From a virus, in IMG/VR virus record IMGVR_UViG_3300022933_000001, positions 1-39,757 of that record: a stretch of DNA of 39,757 bases. One strand, given 5' to 3'. The notes under the pieces are model-generated. The model was not told where the DNA came from. It saw nothing but the letters and a program-made list of their open reading frames with translations, and ran no database searches. Within the stretch, counting starts at the first letter, position 1, and each line of letters opens with the position of its first letter. The position numbers and the translations under genes are program-made. Positions 7,578 to 14,881 of the stretch are shown one piece after another.

Positions 7578-9950
7578 CTAGTGAAAGAAGTATAAGGACT
7601 TTGTTAGTTGGTTAATGTCTAATGTTCCTGTTGAAAGAAACGGAAGACGTTCGTTGTGGGTATCAGGATATGATTGCCTGATGTCCCTGTCAAATGAAAT
7701 CTGAAGATTATTTTGAAAAGTATCAATCACTACTTCTCGCAACCCCTCAGCTAGGGCAGGACAATCACTCGCATGTGTTGCGAATGAGTCATGCACCATG
7801 GCTAGTGAGTTGATACCCTTAGATTTCATAAGGTTAGTTGTCGTGAGCATGATGCTCGCGTCAAGTGAGTGGATGTAGTTAGGCACGATACCCTTGAGGT
7901 TGTTACGCCTTGAGAGTTTATCGAGAGGGTCACGGTAGTGCGCTTCCTTCCTTATGTTCGAGCCTATTGCTGTGACTACACGACGGCGCACCGTCTGTTT
8001 ATATCCTTGATGCACAGTCATACCTATCGGTGTTGTCCATGATATAACATTGTCTGCATATAAGGCGGGGCGTATCGTGTCCTTCAACCAAGACATTAAC
8101 TCTAATGCTCTCGGCATAAGCTCAGCGATTACACCCCATGTTACCGATGCTAATATCTTACTGTATGTACGCAACTGTTTCTGCATACTCTGTGGTGTTT
8201 CCCCCTCTATGAACCGAGTGTATAGAGTATCTTGGAATAATTGAATCATCGTATAGTACGATGCCCCGTAAGGTACTGACATCACAGCCCGCTTCATTAA
8301 GGCACGGTCAATGCCATACCTCAACAGTCTCAGGTTCTGCTTGTTTGGGTCAGCCTTCAGCCTCCTTGTCACCTCGTCTGCTACCTCTTGGTATATATCA
8401 GCAGGACTACCTAACGGTGTGCAGTTAGTAGCCTCGCCTATGTCCTCATCGCGTATCATTAAAGACATAAGCTGTAGCCCGTTATTACTTCCGTCCATCG
8501 CACAAGGTATGTGTGATAAGAAGTTAGGATTCTCTAGCCACTCAGCAAACTCGAAGCACCACGCTAGGAATTGGAAAGGCTTATCTGCCTCAGCCCAATG
8601 CAGGTAGTCTAATGGGTTGGTCGCGTTCTTCTTTAACGACTCTTGCATCCCTAGCATCTTATCTACCCGACGCTTGTAAGAACCCTTGATGCCCCATAGG
8701 TTTGCGCCGTGTATCAAGAACCACTTGCTACCTTCACCTTGAAAGGTCTTACCCTCTACGAAGTGAAGCAATCCCTTAGCGATGTCATCACCTTGAGGAT
8801 TGAATACCTTCGGTATCGGGTAGGCTCTACCTCTAAAGTCTAAGCTATGTGGGAAGTATATTGCACTTTCCCCTGAAAATTTTTCAGCAGTTTTTATACA
8901 CTCATTTAGCCTGAACCTCCGACCTACATTTAGGTTGTTGGTTGCTCGTACTCTCTGAAGATTTCGGAAGTAATACCCCCTCTCCTTGTCTGTGAAGTCA
9001 GCACTAAACACAGGCTCTGCTAGGAAGTCGCAATTAGGCAAGCCTGCGATGGTGGATTGTTCTTTCCACAGTTGCTTCATCACGTCAAGAACCTTAGTGT
9101 TCACCGCCCAAGCCGTTGATTGTAGTGCGTTCACCCCATCGAATACGGCGGGGCAGTCATCGTAAGTCAGGTCGTCATAGTGGTTACCTTCCTTCGCGTT
9201 AATGAAACCCTTAGTCTGAAACTCCCTAAGTGTGTAGCCTCCTGTGAAGTTGTCCACCCAATCATTAGGTGGTACAACCATTGGCTCATATAACATACCT
9301 CGTGTTGCATCTCTCTTGTAACTTTCCTCTAGCCACTCCTTCATGTCGGGCGTGGGTGCAACAAGACCGATGCGTTTACCGTTCAACACCCGATGGTACA
9401 GGACAATCATTCCTGTATGTTTCTGCATCAACATCAAGGCTGTCATACCTATAGAGATTAAGTCTCCTTTATCCCACCAACGATTGATAATGCCTGCTCG
9501 TCGAGCTTCCCGAAGTATTATCTGTTCCGTGTTTCTATCATTCTCGTGTTTGTTCTCTATCACCTTAGTGCGGAACAGGTCGATGTGATTCTCCTTGAAC
9601 TTCTGTAGTTGATACTCTTGCTGTATCGCTCTACCTATAGCACCTGCGAGTGCCGTGCGCTTACGCTTACGACTAATGCCATCGAGTACCGCCCTTGCTA
9701 TCACCGTGGCTGTAAGCTCAGGCGTAAGCAGTCTGAAGAAAGGCTTAACTTTCTTACCTACCCCTGCACCCTCACCGTCAAGCCAATCAACGATACCTAA
9801 AGACAGAGGTACGATTGCTCTTGATAGCGCGATGCTACCTGTTGCAGTCGTAGTCTCTTGCTCTTTAGCTACACGTTTAGCGTTGCGCTTCGTGCGTCGA
9901 GAAGCACCCGCGATGAGTGCTTCCCGTTCTTGTTCATGTTGCTTAGACAT
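7578..9950 (-). CDS. single-subunit DNA-directed RNA polymerase (T7 gp1-like, ~790 aa)
   Basis: Catalytic motifs MDGSNNGLQ (T7 D537 region) and MVHDSFATH (T7 D812 region). The start is uncertain. ATG 9950 (MSKQHEQ) overlaps the upstream stop by 8 nt. The track start at 9974 is a TTG. Confidence 0.93.
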   Translation of the reverse strand: MSKQHEQEREALIAGASRRTKRNAKRVAKEQETTTATGSIALSRAIVPLSLGIVDWLDGEGAGVGKKVKPFFRLLTPELTATVIARAVLDGISRKRKRTALAGAIGRAIQQEYQLQKFKENHIDLFRTKVIENKHENDRNTEQIILREARRAGIINRWWDKGDLISIGMTALMLMQKHTGMIVLYHRVLNGKRIGLVAPTPDMKEWLEESYKRDATRGMLYEPMVVPPNDWVDNFTGGYTLREFQTKGFINAKEGNHYDDLTYDDCPAVFDGVNALQSTAWAVNTKVLDVMKQLWKEQSTIAGLPNCDFLAEPVFSADFTDKERGYYFRNLQRVRATNNLNVGRRFRLNECIKTAEKFSGESAIYFPHSLDFRGRAYPIPKVFNPQGDDIAKGLLHFVEGKTFQGEGSKWFLIHGANLWGIKGSYKRRVDKMLGMQESLKKNATNPLDYLHWAEADKPFQFLAWCFEFAEWLENPNFLSHIPCAMDGSNNGLQLMSLMIRDEDIGEATNCTPLGSPADIYQEVADEVTRRLKADPNKQNLRLLRYGIDRALMKRAVMSVPYGASYYTMIQLFQDTLYTRFIEGETPQSMQKQLRTYSKILASVTWGVIAELMPRALELMSWLKDTIRPALYADNVISWTTPIGMTVHQGYKQTVRRRVVTAIGSNIRKEAHYRDPLDKLSRRNNLKGIVPNYIHSLDASIMLTTTNLMKSKGINSLAMVHDSFATHASDCPALAEGLREVVIDTFQNNLQISFDRDIRQSYPDTHNERLPFLSTGTLDINQLTKSLYFFH

Positions 9951-10287
9951 TTGATGTGTTCCAAACGTATGCAATCTCTGTGCGCATCATACGTCCTAAC
10001 GTCGATAGCTGTACTAGCTTGCGACGCTTATCCGCAGGGTCGATGACACATTGAATTAAACCTGCACACTCACCGCCTCGTGGGTGGTCATCATCTGAAC
10101 CTAGCAATCGTAGGTATCGTATGATTGAGCCGTGGCTAACACCCACCATATCCATCAGCTCTTTCACAAGCAAAGGGTTAGGGTCGTGTTCCATAACGTG
10201 CAGTAGTAGCGAGACACCTTGAGTCTCCAAGTCTCCACCTGCATACCGACGTATGATGTCGAAGGTCTTAGTTAGATTCTGCATCAT
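9943..10287 (-). CDS. MarR-like winged-helix transcriptional regulator (114 aa)
   Basis: HTH segment LVKELMDMVGVSHGSIIRYLRLL followed by the wing signature GLIQCVIDPADKRRKLVQLSTLG, matching the MarR pattern Glv.r..dp.DrR...v.LT..G. Confidence 0.7.
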   Translation of the reverse strand: MMQNLTKTFDIIRRYAGGDLETQGVSLLLHVMEHDPNPLLVKELMDMVGVSHGSIIRYLRLLGSDDDHPRGGECAGLIQCVIDPADKRRKLVQLSTLGRMMRTEIAYVWNTSNV

Positions 10288-10730
10288 TACTCTGCCCCCA
10301 TGATTGCTACCACACGGTCAGCGTAAGCCTTAGTGTGTTTACGTTTCATGCCATTCCATCCACCGTGGTGGATACGAGCAAGGCTGTGCCAATCCTCGTT
10401 ATGCCACGCCTTATTAGCGTACCGTCGCATATAACTTTCAATCACAACACGCCCCACACTAGGCAACATACAGTCTGCAAAGTCTAAGTCTAGATTGGCA
10501 AACTCCACAGCATCTTGGAAGTATGCTTCAGTTATCTGATACCGCCCCTGCTCACCATGTGAACCCCAAGCCATGTCGTCATTGTTGCTCTCGACTACGC
10601 CGATTGCATTGTAGAAGTCATCAAGCGTAGGCTTGTGTCCTGTTTCATTATGGTAACTCATCCAAATCGTCAGCGTTACCATGCACAATAGTATAAACAT
10701 TGCGCCTGTAAATTCTTGTTTCTTATCCAT
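10287..10730 (-). CDS. lytic transglycosylase (SLT/lysozyme-like) with N-terminal membrane anchor; candidate SAR-type endolysin
   Basis: Hydrophobic N-terminus FTGAMFILLCMVTLTIWMSY. SLT-like motifs VESNNDDMAWGSHGEQGRYQI and IHHGGWNG. SD AGGGAG lies upstream. Confidence 0.68.
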   Translation of the reverse strand: MDKKQEFTGAMFILLCMVTLTIWMSYHNETGHKPTLDDFYNAIGVVESNNDDMAWGSHGEQGRYQITEAYFQDAVEFANLDLDFADCMLPSVGRVVIESYMRRYANKAWHNEDWHSLARIHHGGWNGMKRKHTKAYADRVVAIMGAE

Positions 10731-10732
10731 TT

Positions 10733-10918
10733 TTAATCTCCCTGTTTGGGTGGTTTAGTAGGTATGGCTACCTTCTTTAAGTTTGTTTGTATCGAGCCAT
10801 CAAGTTTTGCAACCGATAGCCAATGCTTGTGGCATAAGTGAAACGTGCCATCGTTACGGTCAGCAACAGAGATGTAATCTCCCTGTTGCCGACAGCGTTT
10901 CCATGAGCAGGTTACGAT
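10733..10918 (-). CDS. possible Cys/His-rich small protein (61 codons) lacking a canonical start codon
   Basis: The reading frame is open from 10942 down to TAA 10733-10735. AGGAG sits 5 nt upstream of an ATC codon at 10918. The peptide contains CSWKRC...HLCHKH. There is no in-frame ATG, GTG or TTG. Confidence 0.3.
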   Translation of the reverse strand: MVTCSWKRCRQQGDYISVADRNDGTFHLCHKHWLSVAKLDGSIQTNLKKVAIPTKPPKQGD

Positions 10919-11124
10919 GCGTTCTCCTGTCGTGCTAAGACTCTATTGTATAGCTCGACGGGTGTTACCCCACAAAGCTCTACAATAGCAACATCGCACA
11001 TACCGTCTTTCAATAGGCGAGACATTACTACATCTTTTGGCATCGTATCCTCAGCCATCGCTGTGATAAACTCGCACCACATCTGTAGCAATGTATCCTT
11101 GTCTATGTTGAAGGTGTTAGTCAT
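10912..11124 (-). CDS. hypothetical early protein (70 aa)
   Basis: ATG ORF whose start overlaps the upstream stop by 1 nt. Operon strand. Confidence 0.6.
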   Translation of the reverse strand: MTNTFNIDKDTLLQMWCEFITAMAEDTMPKDVVMSRLLKDGMCDVAIVELCGVTPVELYNRVLARQENAS

Positions 11125-11405
11125 TACGCCACCTCCGTTGGTTCGTCGTAGCTGACAGACTCCTCGATAAACTCCTCCTCATCATACTCCCAATGAGTAT
11201 CATAGTATAAAAAGCTATCGCCGTTAATATCTTTATGCTCAGCGATTAACCTTATCTGTTCCTCAGCACCTAATTCTTCGATGCGTTCAGCTTCAGCCAT
11301 GCACTCAGCCTCTGTTCCCTCGATGGTCACGGTTTCCTGCATAGTCCAATGAACCACGCGCTCGACGTTGATTGTTATTTCTAACTCTTGTTTTGTTTCT
11401 GACAT
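11124..11405 (-). CDS. highly acidic early protein (93 aa)
   Basis: Strong SD (CAGGAGATTAAAATG). By my count, 28 of 93 residues are D/E against 5 K/R. Confidence 0.65.
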   Translation of the reverse strand: MSETKQELEITINVERVVHWTMQETVTIEGTEAECMAEAERIEELGAEEQIRLIAEHKDINGDSFLYYDTHWEYDEEEFIEESVSYDEPTEVA

Positions 11406-11468
11406 TTTAATCTCCTGTCTTTCGACGGTTAGAGTAAGAGAGTGTCGCTCTCGTAGTTTGTTTGTAGT

Positions 11469-11496
11469 ATCTTAACATATCCTTAGAGTATGTCAA
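11469..11496 (-). promoter_or_regulatory. sigma70-like promoter (TTGACA-16-TAAGAT) upstream of the 93-aa acidic gene
   Basis: Minus-strand read: TCTTGACAtactctaaggatatgtTAAGAT. Confidence 0.55.
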
Positions 11497-11599
11497 GAAG
11501 TTTCTTTAAGAAAAGATAAAAAAGATTTACTAAATAGTTCTTGATTATCTTCAAGGCATCTTTACGATGGGGTTCGTGGTGGCTTTTACCAAGAGGGAA

Positions 11600-11626
11600 G
11601 AAGGGTAAGTGAAAGACCTACCCTTC
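11600..11626 (-). terminator. possible intrinsic terminator or attenuator after the 82-aa early gene
   Basis: An 8-bp stem GAAGGGTA/TACCCTTC with an 11-nt loop. On the - strand it is followed by UUCCCUCUU. Confidence 0.4.
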
Positions 11627-11634
11627 GGTTCTCT

Positions 11635-11883
11635 TTAGTTAAGACCTCCCTTACCTAGCACCACCTCTGTGTATTGTGAATACTTAGTGGTCGTAATCTC
11701 TACCACTCTGAGGAAAGAGTTATTTATGTTTAGTTCCTCTGAGTTTAGCAACTCAAGAAGGTCTGCTAGTATCTGTGTCTCTGACTCACCACTAGATAGT
11801 GGCTTCCAAGTAGTGATGCCACCCTCTACATCGTCGTAGTCATAGACTTCTAAGCGATACATTGTTCCTATGGTTCGTGCCAT
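11635..11883 (-). CDS. hypothetical early protein (82 aa)
   Basis: ATG ORF with 1-nt start/stop overlap with the upstream gene. A hairpin follows it. Confidence 0.6.
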   Translation of the reverse strand: MARTIGTMYRLEVYDYDDVEGGITTWKPLSSGESETQILADLLELLNSEELNINNSFLRVVEITTTKYSQYTEVVLGKGGLN

Positions 11884-12692
11884 TACGCCACCTCCAATGC
11901 TTTGTAGGCTTTACGTCCTTCGCTCTCAGCTTCGTTGATAGCTATCGCCATCATACTTGCCGACCTGTAAGTAGCTCGTAAGGCTTCCCCTTCTGCACCT
12001 GTGAAGATTAACATCACACCTGCAAGCACCTCTTGGAATCGCTCGACTCCTTCGATGTCCATCTTACGGTCACCCCAACCACACGCAAACTCCTCAGCCA
12101 TAACTTTGTCTAGGTAGCTTATGCTTCTCGTGTAAGTATCGGGTTCGTAAGCCATCTCGACCCACACTATCCTATCTCTACCCTCGAATCCGTGTTCCGT
12201 GTTCAGCTTATTAACCTTAGTCTCAAGTGGTTGTTTGAGTTTTGTGTATTCTTTCGATACTTTCTCGAAGTCCTCCCAAGTATGGTCGCAGTTCTGCTTA
12301 ACATACTCAGCTAAGTAGTCCGACTCCTTCTTTACTTCGGCTTTCTTCGCATCATCGCGTTCAGCCTTCGCCTTCGCTATGTCTTGTAGCTTGTCTGCTC
12401 TAACCAAGAAAGCTCGTAGCTTCTTCGGTGTTGCATAGTCCGTGCATCGTATGAGTTTATCATCACACTTTAGTGTAAGGGAAGTTATATAGCTTCGCCA
12501 AGCTTCGGGGTCAGCGACGCAGTAGCTTTGAGTTATTTTAGCATACCCTTCCTTTGAGAAGCGTCGGTAGTACTTATGGTTGCCGTCGGTATCGCGTTCA
12601 TCGTCGTTGGGTGTAGTCCAACCGTCTGCTACTAGCGTATCGTGAATGGAAGTAGCTATCGCTTCTATCCTTATTGTTTCTGATTGTGTCAT
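11883..12692 (-). CDS. hypothetical early protein (269 aa) with a central charged helical segment
   Basis: Strong SD (GCAGGAGATTAAACAAATG) downstream of a sigma70-like promoter. No enzymatic motif recognised. Confidence 0.7.
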   Translation of the reverse strand: MTQSETIRIEAIATSIHDTLVADGWTTPNDDERDTDGNHKYYRRFSKEGYAKITQSYCVADPEAWRSYITSLTLKCDDKLIRCTDYATPKKLRAFLVRADKLQDIAKAKAERDDAKKAEVKKESDYLAEYVKQNCDHTWEDFEKVSKEYTKLKQPLETKVNKLNTEHGFEGRDRIVWVEMAYEPDTYTRSISYLDKVMAEEFACGWGDRKMDIEGVERFQEVLAGVMLIFTGAEGEALRATYRSASMMAIAINEAESEGRKAYKALEVA

Positions 12693-12762
12693 TTGTTTAA
12701 TCTCCTGCCTTACGGCGGTTAGTGAATAGGAAGTTACGTTCTCCCTTAAAGTGTGAGAGCTA

Positions 12763-12791
12763 AGCTTAGCCTAGCCCTCGTTGTTTGTCAA
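12763..12791 (-). promoter_or_regulatory. sigma70-like promoter (TTGACA-17-TAAGCT) upstream of the 269-aa gene
   Basis: Minus-strand read: TCTTGACAaacaacgagggctaggcTAAGCT. Confidence 0.55.
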
Positions 12792-12816
12792 GACATTTAT
12801 CTTGAAAGTTTTGTGT

Positions 12817-12834
12817 GAATTATAATGCCCCCTC
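12817..12834. promoter_or_regulatory. GGGCATTATAA motif copy D (reads on the - strand)
   Basis: The reverse complement is GGGGGCATTATAATTCAC. It overlaps the stop of the 79-aa gene, just upstream of the 12763-12791 promoter. Confidence 0.35.
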
Positions 12835-13059
12835 TTTCAGTAGGTTCAAGTGTATCTCTACTACTTGGTCGATGGTGTAGTCTGTACAGTACTTACCTTT
12901 ACCTCGACCACAATCGTAGTGGTATACTATACCTCTAGATACTAGCTTCTCCATGCGACGCTTCGCCTTAGCCCATGAGTTAGGCTTGTAGAATTTAGAT
13001 TGACAGAATCCTATTCGTATCAATTGTTCCTCGTGTTCTGCGTTGTACTTTCGTGGCAT
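12820..13059 (-). CDS. small basic early protein (79 aa)
   Basis: ATG ORF with 1-nt overlap with the upstream gene. Lys/Arg-rich (AKAKRRMEKL, GRGKGK). Confidence 0.6.
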   Translation of the reverse strand: MPRKYNAEHEEQLIRIGFCQSKFYKPNSWAKAKRRMEKLVSRGIVYHYDCGRGKGKYCTDYTIDQVVEIHLNLLKEGAL

Positions 13060-13448
13060 TACGCTACCCCCTCAAACATTCTAGATATTACCTTACCGTT
13101 ATTATCTAAACCGTCAAACTTTTGGGTTAGCCCTAAGCGGTTTAAGTAAACCCATACCCCTACTTCTGTTAGGTATTGGTGCGCCCCTTGACGTATCCTA
13201 AACGACATCTCCGTTAGCTTGTTAAGCCTGTTAGTTGTCGTAGGTGTATGCCACCCGCAGTTAGATACATATGTGCTATCTACTCGGTATTCTACTATCA
13301 TGTTGTCGTGATACTCGACGTAAAAGGAATTATCAATCCAATCCCTATATAGGTAGGTGTTGTGTCCTAGTTTAGCGCGGTCGCGGTTACCTATGAAGGC
13401 TTTCGCTGATGCGTAGTCCGTTACATTTTCTAATGTTAAGTTACTCAT
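13059..13448 (-). CDS. hypothetical early protein (129 aa)
   Basis: ATG ORF directly downstream of the best sigma70-like promoter in the window. Confidence 0.65.
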   Translation of the reverse strand: MSNLTLENVTDYASAKAFIGNRDRAKLGHNTYLYRDWIDNSFYVEYHDNMIVEYRVDSTYVSNCGWHTPTTTNRLNKLTEMSFRIRQGAHQYLTEVGVWVYLNRLGLTQKFDGLDNNGKVISRMFEGVA

Positions 13449-13505
13449 TTTATTGTTGTATGTTGTATAGCCTTACCGTGCCTTAGTGTTAAGTGTTGAG
13501 GGCTT

Positions 13506-13534
13506 AGTATAAACTAGCCCCCTTTAGTTGTCAA
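13506..13534 (-). promoter_or_regulatory. sigma70-like promoter (TTGACA-17-TATACT) upstream of the 129-aa gene
   Basis: Minus-strand read: TCTTGACAactaaagggggctagttTATACT. Confidence 0.65.
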
Positions 13535-13557
13535 GATATATATCTTGTTTATTTTTT

Positions 13558-13878
13558 TTATGCTTCCCCCTCCATCGCTCTATTAAACTCGCCCACCTCT
13601 GCTAGATAATCCTGAAGTGGTGTACGCTTAGCGACCTCCTCCTTTGCGTCATCTATTAAACAGTTCAGCGCGTGTTCTGCGCTATGGTCTAGCTCGTCAA
13701 GGTCTCGCACCTTACCTAGCTCATCATAGAGGTTAATATCCACCACGTCTCCGCTATCGTCTAGCTCGAAGGATACGCTATGATAGTCGTATAACCCATG
13801 ACAAGGAAACTGTTCCTTAAAGGTGTCAAACTCTGAGCGTCCGACATAATATTTTCCTACTTTATAGGGGCAATCCAT
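13558..13878 (-). CDS. acidic early protein (106 aa), second gene of the early operon
   Basis: The ATG overlaps the upstream stop (TAATG). By my count, 26 of 106 residues are D/E against 10 K/R. Confidence 0.65.
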   Translation of the reverse strand: MDCPYKVGKYYVGRSEFDTFKEQFPCHGLYDYHSVSFELDDSGDVVDINLYDELGKVRDLDELDHSAEHALNCLIDDAKEEVAKRTPLQDYLAEVGEFNRAMEGEA

Positions 13879-14054
13879 TACAGAACCCCCAAATCTTCAG
13901 CTAGTGCCTCTAGTTCTTCAGCGACAAACACGGGGTCTCCCGTCATGTTGTCGCGGATAAACTCCGTGATGCGCGGGTCGCTATGCACTACTTCCGAGAA
14001 GTCTGCGCAGGTGTTACCCTCGAATATCGAGGCGATTAAGTTAATGTTATTCAT
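13878..14054 (-). CDS. small acidic protein (58 aa), first gene of the early operon (below the ORF-track size cut-off)
   Basis: GGAGGT SD lies 4 nt upstream of ATG 14054. The peptide reads MNNINLIASIFEGNTCADFSEV...AEDLGVL. The stop overlaps the next ATG. Confidence 0.5.
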   Translation of the reverse strand: MNNINLIASIFEGNTCADFSEVVHSDPRITEFIRDNMTGDPVFVAEELEALAEDLGVL

Positions 14055-14608
14055 GTGTACCTCCTGAGTACTTGGTTAATTGTGGAAGGCTTAACGTTTT
14101 CACGGCGCGGTTGCCTATCTTCCGCGCGACAATCGGGGCGGTGTTTGGTCTTTAGACCCTACTGCACTACCCCTTAATTGTTTCTATTTTCACAATTTGA
14201 TATACCGCTAGAATCAACGCTTGCCGAGAGCGTCCGTCCTTAGCGGTTAGCTTTATGGTACACGGCATAGACCGAATCTCTGTACTAGGACTTAATCAGT
14301 CCTAAGGGTCCTAGCGCTATCGCTTCCCTCTACCCTAACCTTTGGGGTCTGCTTGGTTTACCATGATTTTGTTCTTTATCCTTAGTCCGTTTTAGCCTGC
14401 CGTCCTGCACGGAGTATCAGAGGTTCATTCGATATTTTTAGCGGTTCGGCTCTAGCCTACCTCTTGCTAATGGGGTTCTCGCAAAAGCTTGCCCTATCGA
14501 GGAACATGATATTTTACTTTAACGTTTTCAGTTACAGCTTAGTTTCACTTATTCCTAGCGTCTCGTTCTTCCTAATTGTTAATGAGCTTCTGTCTTTCTC
14601 TTGCCCCT

Positions 14609-14637
14609 ATCCTATCCCCGCCCTCTTGCTTTGTCAA
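14609..14637 (-). promoter_or_regulatory. sigma70-like early promoter (TTGACA-17-TAGGAT)
   Basis: Minus-strand read: cCTTGACAaagcaagagggcggggaTAGGAT. It lies about 550 nt upstream of the first early gene. Confidence 0.5.
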
Positions 14638-14793
14638 GGGTATTTAGTTAAAACTTTTTAGGGGTCTAGCGTATGGCAGGGTCGGTTTTATCCGAATGCC
14701 TAGTGGCTAGTCCGTCCTAGATGTTTCACGTGGAACACTTGACTTAGCAGGGCGAGAATTTGAAAGAGCTATGAGGTTGGGTTATCCCTTTCT

Positions 14794-14822
14794 CATACCC
14801 CTATTCTATCATGACTTGTCAA
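14794..14822 (-). promoter_or_regulatory. possible additional early promoter (good -35, poor -10)
   Basis: Minus-strand TCTTGACAAG is present, but no convincing -10 lies at 16-18 nt. Confidence 0.25.
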
Positions 14823-14851
14823 GAGTGCAACCCCTAAAATCAAGGTATTTT

Positions 14852-14871
14852 AAATAGGGCATTATAATTCC
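14852..14871. promoter_or_regulatory. GGGCATTATAA motif copy A (candidate phage-RNAP promoter or operator)
   Basis: AAATAGGGCATTATAATTCC. The core is quasi-palindromic. Confidence 0.4.
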
Positions 14872-14881
14872 AAATAGCTAG

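Noticed and set aside
9943-10287. The MarR-like gene as evidence of a temperate lifestyle (CI-like repressor)
   Set aside because: No integrase, excisionase, partition genes or attachment-site features are present. The gene sits inside the early lytic operon, coupled to the RNAP gene.
14464-14661. 65-aa + strand ORF inside the non-coding junction region
   Set aside because: It starts at a TTG with no SD. The peptide is low-complexity Leu/Ser/Phe-rich. It lies antisense to a sigma70-like promoter and its leader, with no neighbouring + strand genes.
14794-14822. Fifth early promoter at the TCTTGACAAG box
   Set aside because: It is kept only as a low-confidence feature. The -35 is excellent, but no acceptable -10 lies 16-18 nt downstream. 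TAGAAT is only 8 nt away.
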